Shown here: one piece after another, positions 12,701-24,276 of the stretch
Layout: every line of letters starts with the position of its first letter
Position numbering within the stretch: the first letter of the stretch is position 1
Assembly (NCBI GenBank): GCA_002269645.1
Contig: NIVC01002866.1
Span: forward strand, 1-64,000
Length of the DNA: 64,000 nt
Direction of reading: 5' to 3'
Source of the DNA: Macrostomum lignano
Lineage: Eukaryota
Made by a program: the position numbers and the translations under genes
The notes under the pieces: generated by a model
Database searches by the model: none
Seen by the model: only the letters and a program-made list of their open reading frames with translations
What the model was told of the DNA's origin: nothing

Positions 12701-13261
12701 AGGAGCCGCGCACGGAATCGAGCCAGGGGTTTCAGCGCGCGAGTCAGACGCGTTTACCGCTCAGTGCTGCTCTCTGCTCCTTTCTTCGGTCGCCGCATGT
12801 ATTGAATTCTGAACTCGAGGTTATCTTCAAAGTATCTTAGGTATTTAGTATTTGAGTACCATATTTTAAAAGAATTTTAAAGTTGACCAAGAGCTTTACC
12901 TCTGCCCTACCTCTTCAACTACCATATGCTTAACAACGACAACTTTACTACCATGGCAAAATTTCAGTATACTCGTATTTTGAGCATACAAAAGATAGAA
13001 GACGCAGACAACTCATTTTCAGTATACAGTGGATTAATTCTTCCTCAAAAAGGAGTTGTCTAGTATCCCAGTGCAGCAATCCGATTGAGATCGAGGGTTG
13101 CTTCAGTGTTGTATTGGATGCTTATTTTAACCCTGTTTTAAACAATCAAGTACTTCTGAGGTGCCAATTTTCATTCTTTGAATCATTGGTATAGCAGGAC
13201 AGCCAATGCAGCAGTTTTACACGTACTACTGATATAGAACTGACTCTTTGTCAAAAGTCGA

Positions 13262-14691
13262 TCAGAACTGGAACATGCCGGCAGGCCTGGTCTTCAGGTA
13301 GTCCTGCACTTTGCCCGACTGAGCGATCCCCTCTGCGAAGGCCTTCACGTCCGGGTAGGCGTCCTGGCTGGCCTTGATCTCATCGATGAGTCCCAGGCTG
13401 TTCACGATGCAGGCCACGGTGAGGTCAGCCCAGGTCATCTGCGCATTGGATAAAGGGCTATTCGCGTTTCTTGGATAAAGAGTCGGTACATATTCCTAGC
13501 TCGCCTACTATAAGTAGAGCAGTGCGGAGCAGAGCTTTACTCACCCTATCGCCGACCAAATAGCCCGAGCGGCTCTCCTTCACCCACTGATCGATAATGC
13601 CGTAGAACTTCGGCCCGGCCAGCTCGTTCCAGTTCTGGAAGCCCTTGGCTCGCTCCTCCGGCGACTTGAGCGGCATGAACTTCACCACGGCGTCGAACAT
13701 GTCAATCATGACCGTGTCAACGATGGCGTCGCATTTGTAAGCGGCCAGGTCGTCTGTGGGAACGAGGCCGCCCTTCTTGGCCACGTAGCGGGCGATGGCC
13801 TCGCTTTGGCGGAGCTGGTAGCCCTCGGGAGTGACCAGGTAGGGCACCGCGTTGCCGGGGATAGCTGGGGTGCGGGGACGGTTAGGGGTCACGCTTTGCC
13901 GAATCTGGGATCTGCTCTGTCGAGTGTGCAATCCGCTTTACCGAATCTGAGATCTACTCTACCGAACTTGCGATCCATTCTGCCGAATCTGCGATCCACT
14001 CTACCGAATCTGCGATCGACTCTGCTTAGTGTGCGATCCACTTTACCGAATCTGCGATCCTTTCTGCCGAATCTGCGATCCACTCTACCGAATCTGCGAT
14101 CGACTCTGCTTAGTGTGCGATCCACTTTACCGAATCTGCGATCCTTTCTGCCGAATCTGGGATCTGCTCTGCCGAATCTGCGACATGCTCTACCGAATCT
14201 GCGATCTGCTCTGCAGAATCTGCGATCTGCTCTACTGAATCTGCGATCTATTCTGCAGAATCTACCCTACTTTGTGAAATTAAGCATACTCAACCGAAAG
14301 TATCTCCTGAAGCATCTCAAAACATCTATCGAATGCAGCAGCGAAGCTTGCCTTGACGTAAACATCTACTGAATGCGCTTTCATAAGCTTTTAGTTTCAA
14401 TATTTAAAAAAAATTTAAATACCGCACTATATACTAAACTTAACCTTATCTACTGCGACTGCAATGCTCGTACATCTATTACGTCATCATTTTGTTTCTA
14501 TTCAATTGATATTTTAATTAAAAAATGCAAGCAACACAAAAGCACTCACTTGGCTTCAAAGTCTGCCACTCCTGCATCTCAAATCGTTTGTCCTCCCATG
14601 GCAGGCCGCTGGCAGCCAGAATCCAGCGGATGAACTCGCCTCTGCCTCGAACATTGAAGTAATAGTAGGTGTACTTGCCCTTGGAGCTCAT
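13262..14691 (-). CDS. Glutathione S-transferase, sigma-class-like, copy 2 (exons 14691-14550, 13864-13545, 13438-13262)
   Basis: Same exon sizes as copy 1 (142/320/177 nt). N-terminus YYYFNVRGRGEFIRWIL. Confidence 0.93.
13895..14265. repeat. 21-bp minisatellite in GST copy 2 intron 1
   Basis: Same unit as 9660-9860, with more copies. Confidence 0.9.
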
Positions 14692-15475
14692 GGTGGCTTG
14701 CGGGGCAGTGCTAGATTGTAGAGATATTAGACAGTCCGGCTTGCGTAGCAGTCTGGTAACACTTAACAGCTTTTCGGCACAAGTTCTTAATTTGATTAAT
14801 TTATTTATCTTTTTTCTCTGACACAAACGTACGAACACACACACACACACACATACACCTGGGTGCACACAAGCCGTACTGATTGGGTCCATCAGTTTCC
14901 ATAGCAACTGTGCAAGAGTGAGCCGTTCTGTCCTACAGAAGGGGGAGATATTCCTTGCACATTTTGATTCTCTACTCTCACCCGTTCTCTTTCTGAGTTG
15001 CTTTTACATTTCCCTGGTTGGCAAAGAGCAGGTGAGAGACACGAGCTGGCCAATCTCAGTGAACTTGTCTCTGACCCTGCCAAGGGCCGAGCTCTCTCTC
15101 TCTCCGCCCATTCAGTTTAATTGTCTTCTTGTAGAATGCATTCTAGCAAAACTCCATAATGGAATTGTGCAGGTGTGTCAAATTTCTTACCCACTTACCA
15201 ACCCAGTCATATCTACCTTTTCAGCAAGAACATTTGCAGAAGTAATTTTTTTACCATTTCTGTTAGAAACTGATAAGAGACCTATTTGTTGGTCTGGAGA
15301 AACTCTCAAGTCAAGACATATTTGTAAGCAAAAAAGTGGAGAGCAAAATGACTCAGAGTCACAGCTTTTATTAGTTTTTCACCTAATACAGGGCCAGGTA
15401 CATAGCAAATATTTAATCGATTATATTTGGGGTTAAGCACTGTACACAAATGTGCTAGCACAAACATCAATACAA

Positions 15476-16078
15476 ACTGCTCAGGTACAGACTGCTCAGG
15501 TACAGACTGCTCAGGTACAGACTGCTCAGGTACAGACTGCTCGGGTACAGACTGCTCGGGTACAGACTGCTCAGGTATAGACTGCTCAGGTACAGACTGC
15601 TCAGGTACATGTACAGACTGCTCAGGTACATGTACAGACTGCTCAGGTACATGTACAGACTGCTCAGGTACAGACTGCTCAGGTACATAGACTGCTCAGG
15701 TACAGACTGCTCAGGTACCGACTGCTCAGGTACAGACTGCTCAGGTACATGTACAGACTGCTCAGGTACATGTACAGACTGCTCAGGTACATGTACAGAC
15801 TGCTCAGGTACAGACTGCTCAGGTACATAGACTGCTCAGGTACAGACTGCTCAGGTACCGACTGCTCAGGTACAGACTGCTCAGGTATAGACTGCTCAGG
15901 TACAGACTGCTCAGGTATAAACTGCTCAGGTACAGACTGCTCAGGTACCGACTGCTCAGGTACAGACTGCTCAGGTATAGACTGCTCAGGTACAGACTGC
16001 TCAGGTATAAACTGCTCAGGTACAGACTGCTCAGGTACAGACTGCTCATGTACAGACTGCTCAGCTACAGACTGCTCA
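15476..16078. repeat. 15-bp minisatellite (actgctcaggtacag) with 21-bp tacatg-insertion variants
   Basis: Tandem copies. It explains the spurious TDCSG and LYLSS ORFs. Confidence 0.95.
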
Positions 16079-16909
16079 ACTCCATTCACAAAAGTTTTGT
16101 TTATGACTGACTTTTTGCTTGACCAGAGATCCAAGGTCTCCGTGGACCTTAAACTCAATTGAGACACCTTACAGTGATTCTACCTGTGCCACTTACTATC
16201 TGGCCCATTTGATGCTAGCTAGCAGACGGAGAGTATGCAATCTATTCTCTCTTATCAAAGAAGTTCTCAAAATTAATTTTGTCAAAACAGCCGAAGTTTC
16301 CCTGGAAAATCGAGTTTATCGAGTCTAGGTTCAAAAAAGTTAATGAGCGAGCAAACACCGGAGATAAGAGGAGAGAAGAGGGCAGAGGGTAAAGTTTAAA
16401 GGAGAGAAGAGATTAGATAAGTTGAGAGGACAGAGGGAGAGGAGATGAGGGCCGGTCGGAGGCTACCAACAAATGTTACCAACAAAAATCCATACCTTCT
16501 AATCATGAGTAAGATAGTCCACCATGATTCCGAATATGCTCGTACCTTTTAATAGAATTTTTTGCATGCATTATTAATTTTTCTTTTTTGGCGCGAGGTC
16601 AGAGATTGCCGATCCAGTCAAGGCGGTGAAACTTTCATTAAATGTAAAAACGAGATAGGTGTAAGAACAGGTGCGTCACCTGTAGCAGCTCATGTCTCTT
16701 GTAACAAAGGTAAATTTGGTAATTTTCATTTTGACTGGCAACCGAGAATAAGCCTGGCTCATTCGTCAGAGTCCACTGATTGAGCAGAAAATCTGCATGT
16801 ACTTCTGCCTGAGCAGCCCAGCTCAGCATTGAACAGCCATTTTTGACCGATATATTTCACAAAGATTTTTGACAATATTGAGGTTTGGATATGACAGCTC
16901 GGGTGGCGA

Positions 16910-19900
16910 TCAGACATCCAGCAGAAACCGAATGGCGTTGCTATAGTAACCCATAGCCATGCCGGTGGAGTGGGCTGAGCAGCCACCTGCAAGGGGGAAT
17001 TTCTCACTCATCAAACGATTCTTTAAGTAGGAATTTCTCACTCACCAAATGATTCCAAAGGGGGAATTTCTCACTCATCAAACGATTCTTTAAGTGGGAA
17101 TTTCTCACTCACCAAATGATTCCAAAGGGGGAATTTCTCACTCATCAAACGATTCTTTAAGTGGGAATTTCTCACTCACCAAATGATTCCAAAGGGGGAA
17201 TTTCTCACTCATCAAACGATTCTTTAAGTAGGAATTTCTCACTCACCAAATGATTCCAAAGGGGGAATTTCTCACTCATCAAACGATTCTTTAAGTGGGA
17301 ATTTCTCACTCACCAAATGATTCCAAAGGGGGAATTTCTCACTCATTAAACGATTCTTTAAGTGGGAATTTCTCACTCACCAAATGATTCCAAAGGAGGA
17401 ATTTCTCACTCATCAAACGATTCTTTAAGTGGGAATTTCTCACCCATGAAACGATTCCATAAAGGGGGAATTTCTCACTCATCAAACGATTCTTTAAGTG
17501 GGAATTTCTCACTTATCAAACGATTCCATAAAGGGGGAATTTCTCACTCATCAAACGATTCCATAAAGGGGGAATTTCTCACCCATGAAACGATTCCATA
17601 AAGGGGGAATTTCTCACTCACCAAACGATTCCAAAATGGAATTTTAAACATGGTTTAGGGGGAATTATTCTTCGCTAATTGGGCTGCTATTCCCCGTCAT
17701 CACTTGCCCTGCATTTCAGCATCGCGCAGAATTTTCCGCCCCACGGCGGGTCCGGAGGCCGCGGCGGCGGAGCCGCTGACGGACAGCTTGAAGCAGCCGA
17801 GCTGCGGGTCCTGCCAGGAGGCCACCGTGGACACCGAGCCGCCGTTGTAGAAGTCCTTGAAACCCGCCAGTCCACAGAGAAGTGCTGGCGAAAGTGTTTT
17901 GGTGCGGGCAATAAGATTTGGCGATCGTGCATTGATAAAGATTGGTTCCGCCCTCTACCCCATACTCCACTCCGCCCTCTACCCCATAATCACTTCCGCC
18001 CTCAACCCCATCCTCAGCTCCGCCCTCTACCCCATCCTCAGCTCCGCCCTCTACCCCATCCTCAGCTCCGCCCTTTACCCTATACTCAGCTTCGCCCTCT
18101 ACCCCATCCTCAGCTCCGCTCCCTACCCCCTATCCTCAGTCCCGCCCCTCCGCAGCGCCAGCCGCAGCGCCCACCCTGCTCCATGTGGAGGTCCCTCAGG
18201 CCGCCAGCCATGCCGTCTCCCATCTGTCGCGAGATGAGAGTCCAATTGGCCGCTTGAATCAGTTTAAACTCGGACAGCACTTTACGGCAGACGGCAGTGA
18301 ACTCGGTGGCCAGGCCCCGGTCAGGGGAGACCGATTCGCACGGACCCTGCAGAGAGGAAATTAACAACTTTTGTTTTGACAGGATTTTAGATATTCTACG
18401 AAGTTCGCATTTCCGCGCCAGGATTCGAGGCGAGCGCCAATTTTATTCGGGCCGTGGAGTGAAATAGGCAGATAATTTTTGCTGTAATTATGGGCAGTGC
18501 TGCAGCTGCTGCCCAAGGCTTGTCTGCTACGAGCGTACATCGATGGAACCAGCTCCCAGTTCAGCAGTGCTTAACAAGCAGAGTAAAAGATGAAAACTGC
18601 TTCTGCGGACTTAAATAGTCTGCTTGTCCAAAATAAGGCATTAGGGGTGGGGGGGGGGGGGTTGCGTAGGTTCAAAATCCGTCATCTTTTACTTATGGAA
18701 TGAGCCGGCGAGCCAAACTGTTTGCACAGTTTCTGCAAACAGAACTTCAGTGTCTTTTCAAGTGACAGGGGAAATTTCTAGGGAAGGGAACAGAATAACC
18801 AGAACGTCCCTCTTCTGGATTGCTAATCTAGCCAGCATGATCGCTGATGAAGGAAAATAACGGATTGCTAATCTAGCCAACATCACTGATGCAGGAATAG
18901 AATGGATTGCTAATCTAGCCAGCATCGCTGATGAAGGAATAGAATGGATTGCTAATCTAGCCAGCATCGCTGATGAAGGAATAGAATGGATTGCTAATCT
19001 AGCCAGCATCACTGATGAAGGAATAGAATGGATTGCTAATCTAGCCAGCATCACTGATGAAGGAATAGAATGGATTGCTAATCTAGCCAACATCACTGAT
19101 GAAGGAATAGAATGGATTGCTAATCTAGCCAACATCACTGATGCAGAAATAGAATGGATTGCTAATCTAGCCAGCATCACTGATGAAGGAATAGAATGGA
19201 TTGCTAATCTAGCCAGCATCACTGATGAAGGAATAGAATGGATTGCTAATCTAGCCGACATCACTGATGAAGGAATAGAATGGATTGCTAATCTAGCCAG
19301 CATCACTGACGAAGGAATAGAATGGATTGCTAATCTAGCCAGCATCACTGATGAAGGAATAGAACGGATTGTTAATCTAGAAAACATCTAGACAACAAGG
19401 AAGTAGTGAAATGGACTGTTTATCTAGCCAACAAATCTTTGAGACTAAACTTAAACTCACCAAGTCCTTGATCAGTTTATACAGCAGCTGGTGAGTCAGG
19501 TAATATCCAGATGATTTTTCCAAATTCCGGTCGAAATAAGGACAGGTAGCCGTGTTCCAGCATCTGCGGTGCGATGAGCAGTGGCGAATGTGTGTTCACT
19601 CACTCACTCACTCACTCAGTCACTCACTCACTCACTCAGTCACTCACTCACTCACTCACTCACTCACTCACTCACTCACTCACTCACTCACTCACTCACT
19701 CACTCACTCACTCAGTCACTCACTCACTCACTCACTCACTCACTCATGAACTCACTCACTCACTCACTCACTCACTCACTCACTCACTCACTCACTCACT
19801 CACTCACTCACTCACTCACTCACTCACTCACTCACTCACTCACTCACTCACCCGCCATCAGTCCGCAGAGCCTTCATCAGGCAGGCATCTCCAGCGGGCT

Positions 19901-20405
19901 CATCGTACTCAATCAGCCGGTACACGGTGCTCGCAACGGCCGCCTCTCCGTTCGGCCATCGGCCGGCCGCTCCGCCGGGATCGCCCAGGACCATCGCCGA
20001 CCTCGGAGCTCCGGTCAGCCGCTGGAACCGGCCAGCCATGGGCTCGCAGATTCGGAAGTAGGTGTCCCTGTCGTAGCCGGCGGCGCGGTCGGCGATGCGA
20101 CTCTCGAAGCGGCTGGCCAGGAGGTCCTGCCGGAGCAGCGCAGATTGAAGTTGGTTGGCTGGGGAGCTGCCGCACTGAGTCAGCACCGCAGCGGCCACGG
20201 CAGTCGGCGCCAGGAGGTCGCGCGACAGTCGCAGGCCGAAGTAGCCGTCAGTGTTCACCCGTTCGGCGTCAGAGGCGTAGAAATCGATCAGATCGGAGAG
20301 GCGGCCAAGGAGCTGCTCGACGCGGCGGCACGGCTGCCCAGAAGCAACAGGAAATGGCCAGGCCGCTAGAAGCAGACACGGCAGAAGCAAGTAAAGCTGC
20401 GCCAT
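16910..20405 (-). CDS. UPF0764/C16orf89-like secreted protein (exons 20405-19852, 19563-19461, 18346-18175, 17884-17708, 16986-16910; ~360 aa)
   Basis: Signal peptide MAQLYLLLPCLLLAAWPFPVASG. Family-like motifs DGYFGLR, GYYLTHQLLY, DLHMEQALLCGLAGF, VASWQDPQLGCF, GGCSAHSTGMA. All phases join if the last intron uses a GC donor. Confidence 0.85.
16993..17640. repeat. 33/34-bp minisatellite (alternating 67-bp dimer) in the last intron of the C16orf89-like gene
   Basis: gggggaatttctcactcatcaaacgattctttaagt alternates with gggaatttctcactcaccaaatgattccaaag. Confidence 0.9.
17950..18140. repeat. 24-bp minisatellite in intron 3 of the C16orf89-like gene (cctcagctccgccctctaccccat)
   Basis: Tandem copies. 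Confidence 0.9.
18820..19380. repeat. 42-bp minisatellite, array A (gattgctaatctagccagcatcactgatgaaggaatagaatg), intron 2
   Basis: Tandem copies. It explains the SSVMLARLAIHSIP ORFs. Confidence 0.95.
19597..19851. repeat. (TCAC)n / (GTGA)n microsatellite forming most of intron 1
   Basis: About 60 units, beginning exactly at the minus-strand donor GTGAGT (19851). Confidence 0.95.
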
Positions 20406-20639
20406 TGTTGCTGCTCTTCTTCTGCAGCAGCAGCAGCAGGTTCTGGCTGGGTTTGGCACGATTAGCAAACATTGGCATTGTGTGGGAGCTGCTTCTCAAA
20501 TCAATCTTTTATATGATGACTCCCCAGCGAGTCGAGTGCTCACATTCTGTGTGATTGAACTGATCCACTTTGATGTGGCCCTGCAGTGCTTTTCTGTGCC
20601 TTTGTTCCAATAGCAATTCAGTTACATTATATATTCTTG

Positions 20640-21332
20640 GATTGCTAATCTAGCCAGCATCACTGATGAAGGAATAGAATGGATTGCTAATCTAGCCAGC
20701 ATCACTGATGAAGGAATATAATGGATTGCTAATCTAGCCAACATCACTGATGAAGGAATAGAATGGATTGCTAATCTAGCCGACATCACTGATAAAGGAA
20801 TAGAATGGATTGCTAATCTAGCCAACATCACTGATGAAGGAATAGAATGGATTGCTAATCTAGCCAGCATGATCGCTGATGAAGGAATAGAATGGATTGC
20901 TAATCTAGCCAGCATCGCTGATGAAGGAATAGAATGGATTGCTAATCTAGCCAACATCACTGATGAAGGAATAGAACGGATTGCTAATCTAGCCAGCATC
21001 ACTGATGAAGGAATAGAATGGATTGCTAATCTAGCCAACATCACTGATGAAGGAATAGAATGGATTGCTAATCTAGCCAACATCACTGATGAAGGAATAG
21101 AATGGATTGCTAATCTAGCCAGCATGATCGCTGATAAAGGAATAGAATGGATTGCTAATCTAGCCAACATCACTGATGAAGGAATAGAATGGATTGCTAA
21201 TCTAGCCAGCATCACTGATAAGGAATAGAATGGATTGCTAATCTAGCCAGCATCACTGATGAAGGAATACAATGGATTGCTAATCTAGCCAGCATCACTG
21301 ATGAAGGAATAGAATGAATTGCTAATCTAGCC
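20640..21332. repeat. 42-bp minisatellite, array B (upstream of the C16orf89-like gene)
   Basis: Same unit and orientation as array A. Confidence 0.95.
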
Positions 21333-21944
21333 AAAACACCCTTCTTACCTTGTAGAAGCGAGAAAAATTGAGCAGAAAAAGCAAATAATTTCGGGGAGCA
21401 GAAGCCGAAACACCGAACTAACGCAGATGAAGACCTACCTATCAGCAAAAATCGTGCTTCATTTATTATGCTGCTCAAAACGCAGCCAACGCTCCCCCCT
21501 CCGGACCAACCCCGGGGGTTCCCCTGTCCCATGGCCTGAGCTGCCTCTCGGCCAATCCTGGATCGCACGCATCGCGTGTGCAGCTGGCTGTTTTATCCTG
21601 GTTTGGGAGCTGCGCGGTCCGGCAGTGTTGAACTTCTGAATTCGGAATGGCTCAGCCACCAGATAAGCGAGGCTTCTCTGCGTTAGAGGAATTGCGGGAA
21701 TTCATCTGACACGGGCCGGACAAGCAGCCCCTATTCAAGGCGATTGAGAGGGCTCAATGGATGAAGGTTGTTTCTTCATCAAGGATTCAAATTGAAAGAA
21801 TAAATGGAATTTAATATCTCTGATTGCCCTCTTGTTCCGTGCCGTTTTTCTTTTTTCAATATTTAATTGACAGGCGCTATTCCTTTTATTTAGTTACACA
21901 ATGATGGCTGGCATAGAGGTATATTCGAATCCTTCATACGCGGT

Positions 21945-22280
21945 GTTGGCTAGATTAGCAATCCATTCTATTCCTTCATCAGTGATGCTGGCTAGATTAG
22001 CAATCCATTCTATTCCTTCATCAGTGATGTCGGCTAGATTAGCAATCCATTCTATTCCTTCATCAGTGATGTTGGCTAGATTAGCAATCCATTCTATTCC
22101 TTCATCAGTGATGCTGGCTAGATTAGTAATCCGTTCTATTCCTTCATCAGTGATGTTGGCTAGATTAGCAATCCATTCTATTCCTTCATCAGTGATGCTG
22201 GCTAGATTAGCAATCCATTCTATTCCTTCCTCAGTGATGTTGGCTAGATTAGCAATCCATTCTATTCCTTCATCAGTGAT
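21945..22280. repeat. 42-bp minisatellite, array C, inverted relative to A and B
   Basis: ggctagattagcaatccattctattccttcatcagtgat is the reverse complement of the unit. It ends abruptly at the LINE 5' end. Confidence 0.95.
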
Positions 22281-22757
22281 GGCCGGGGCTGTTGCCCCCA
22301 GGACCCCGGGTCCTGCACGCAATGGCGTGGTGAACTATCTGTGCAGTATGAGACTGGTATGGCCCTTATCCCAGCCAGCGATGCTCACACCTGCCTCCCC
22401 TGGCGGGCTGATAGCTAAAGAGACTCTGTCTCCTGATTTTCACCTTGCAAGGCGCACTTCGAAGGGTACTCGTCCCGTGGGTGTTAAGGCAGGCTCTCGG
22501 GCCTTGCCGAGCTGATTCGTTGGCGCCGGGTCCTGGTGTGACCATATAAACGCACCCTCTAATGTCCCAGTGTAACTCCGTGCTGATGGACGCTTGGCCA
22601 GGGAGTAGTCTGGTCGCTAACGGTTCCCCTTGCGCTTTTGGGTCCCCCCGCAGGGTGGTATTTTGCTTTTTGGAGGCCTGCCGCTTGGTTTGGGGTTGCG
22701 GCCTTGCGGCTCTTTGCCTGTGTTCTGCAGGAAGTCCCACCTTTTTACTTCCAGCCA

Positions 22758-24224
22758 ATGGCTTCTAACCGAAGTACCCAACCGGCTGTGGATGACACAG
22801 TGCCTCCGGCCTCGGCTGGGGCCGTGGACTCCGCGGCCATACCACCTGCTACCATCGGGGACGCCTCGGCGAGACCCGTGGAGCCAACTCTGAGCGGTGC
22901 CTCCGAGAAGACACCTGCTACTCCAGCTGCCAAGCAGTTGAGCACCACCTCTGAAGCTGCCCGCCGTCGACTTAACAAGGCGAGGCGGGCCAAGGAGGGC
23001 GGAAGCCTAACCGGCGCCAGGGGCCAACGGCCCGCGGCAGCGGAAGCTTCCCAATCTGGGGCGGTGGCGGAAGAGGGCCTCGAGCCCACTGAAGCCCCTG
23101 TCCAGGATGGGGAGGACGATGCAGCCGGGAGGGTGGACAGCCCACCTGAAGAATGCTCCACCGACCCCCGGGCCTCCTACGCTGATGCGGCAAAGAGGCA
23201 ACCGGCGGTTGTCATTCTGGGGAAGGACGCGCGCCTGTCTCCCGATCAGCTGAAGCAGGTGAGAGGTGCCGTTGATGGCCTCCTGTGGAAGCAAACTCTG
23301 AAGGGCACGCCTCTGAACATTCATTCGAATGCGACGAGGGACTCGTGCCTTCTCATTTGGCCCAGTGATGCTGACTCGGGTCGGCGGCTCCTTGAGCTGC
23401 TGCCCGAGCAGAGCTGGGACCTCAACCTAGCCTTCTGCAGAGAGGATGAGCGCCCCCGGACCAAGAGGCATCGAATCTGGGTTCCGGCCAGGAGCGTCGT
23501 TACCTCTGCTGACGAGCTCCGGAAAGGACTGCTAGCAGTCAACCGGGAGCTTCCCGCCGCGGGCCTAGTGGTGCATGACACCCTTAAGCGCACCGACGGC
23601 ACTGGCTTCACAGCCATCCTGGGGCTGTCGGACGCCTGGATGAGGCGCTATCCGCACGGCAGCTTCATCAACGTCGGCCTTTGGAAGCTGCGCATCCGCT
23701 CCTACGAGGCCGACCCTCCCCGTGGCGGTGAGCAGGGCGGGCGGAATGCCGAAGCAGCCGGGGCCGTGGCGCGAGCTTCTGCTCAGGCTGCCAAAGCAAA
23801 CCGCCCCGCCCGGCAGCACGGCCGCGCGGGTAAAGCCGAGCGCGCCGCTGAGGGCGGAGGAGACCGACGCCCGGCACGCAGCTCCAAGCGACGCGGCCTG
23901 TACCAGCGCGCAGCTGAGGCAGTCCGTACCGCCAAAATCACCCAGCTGAGGAGAGAGGTCGCCGGGACGCCTAGGCGCACCAGTTCGTCCAGGGAGGGTG
24001 GGGACGTCCCAGCTGGGCCCAACCCCTCGGGGCAGGGCCGACTGGAGACGGACCCGCCTGCCCAGGCGGCTGGCTGCTCCAGGGCATTGGGCCAGTCTGA
24101 AGCGGAGGACCCATGGCTGGTGGGCGAAGGGCGGCGAACGCTGCCTATTGCCTTCCGACCAACCGGGGGCCTTTTGCTGAAGAAGAGCCCATGGACACCG
24201 GCGACCCCGACCCGAAGCTGGTGA
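22758..24224 (+). CDS. LINE ORF1 (gag-like, no CCHC knuckle seen)
   Basis: Long ORF with SYADAAK followed by a folded-looking region (LLIWPSD...W.L...RHRIWVP) resembling ORF1 of LOA-type elements. Basic C-terminus. Confidence 0.7.
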   Translation: MASNRSTQPAVDDTVPPASAGAVDSAAIPPATIGDASARPVEPTLSGASEKTPATPAAKQLSTTSEAARRRLNKARRAKEGGSLTGARGQRPAAAEASQSGAVAEEGLEPTEAPVQDGEDDAAGRVDSPPEECSTDPRASYADAAKRQPAVVILGKDARLSPDQLKQVRGAVDGLLWKQTLKGTPLNIHSNATRDSCLLIWPSDADSGRRLLELLPEQSWDLNLAFCREDERPRTKRHRIWVPARSVVTSADELRKGLLAVNRELPAAGLVVHDTLKRTDGTGFTAILGLSDAWMRRYPHGSFINVGLWKLRIRSYEADPPRGGEQGGRNAEAAGAVARASAQAAKANRPARQHGRAGKAERAAEGGGDRRPARSSKRRGLYQRAAEAVRTAKITQLRREVAGTPRRTSSSREGGDVPAGPNPSGQGRLETDPPAQAAGCSRALGQSEAEDPWLVGEGRRTLPIAFRPTGGLLLKKSPWTPATPTRSW

Positions 24225-24276
24225 GCGCCGAGGAGGAGGAGGAACTCCTGGCGACTGCAACACCCGATCTGCACTG

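Noticed and set aside
15427-16167. Repetitive ORFs (TDCSG, LYLSS, VPEQS)
   Set aside because: They are translations of a 15-bp minisatellite open in several frames, with no splice or homology context.
18758-22515. SSVMLARLAIHSIP / LRR-like ITDEGIEWIA ORFs
   Set aside because: They arise from the 42-bp array on both strands; array A lies inside an intron of a well-supported gene. The resemblance to leucine-rich repeats is likely coincidental.
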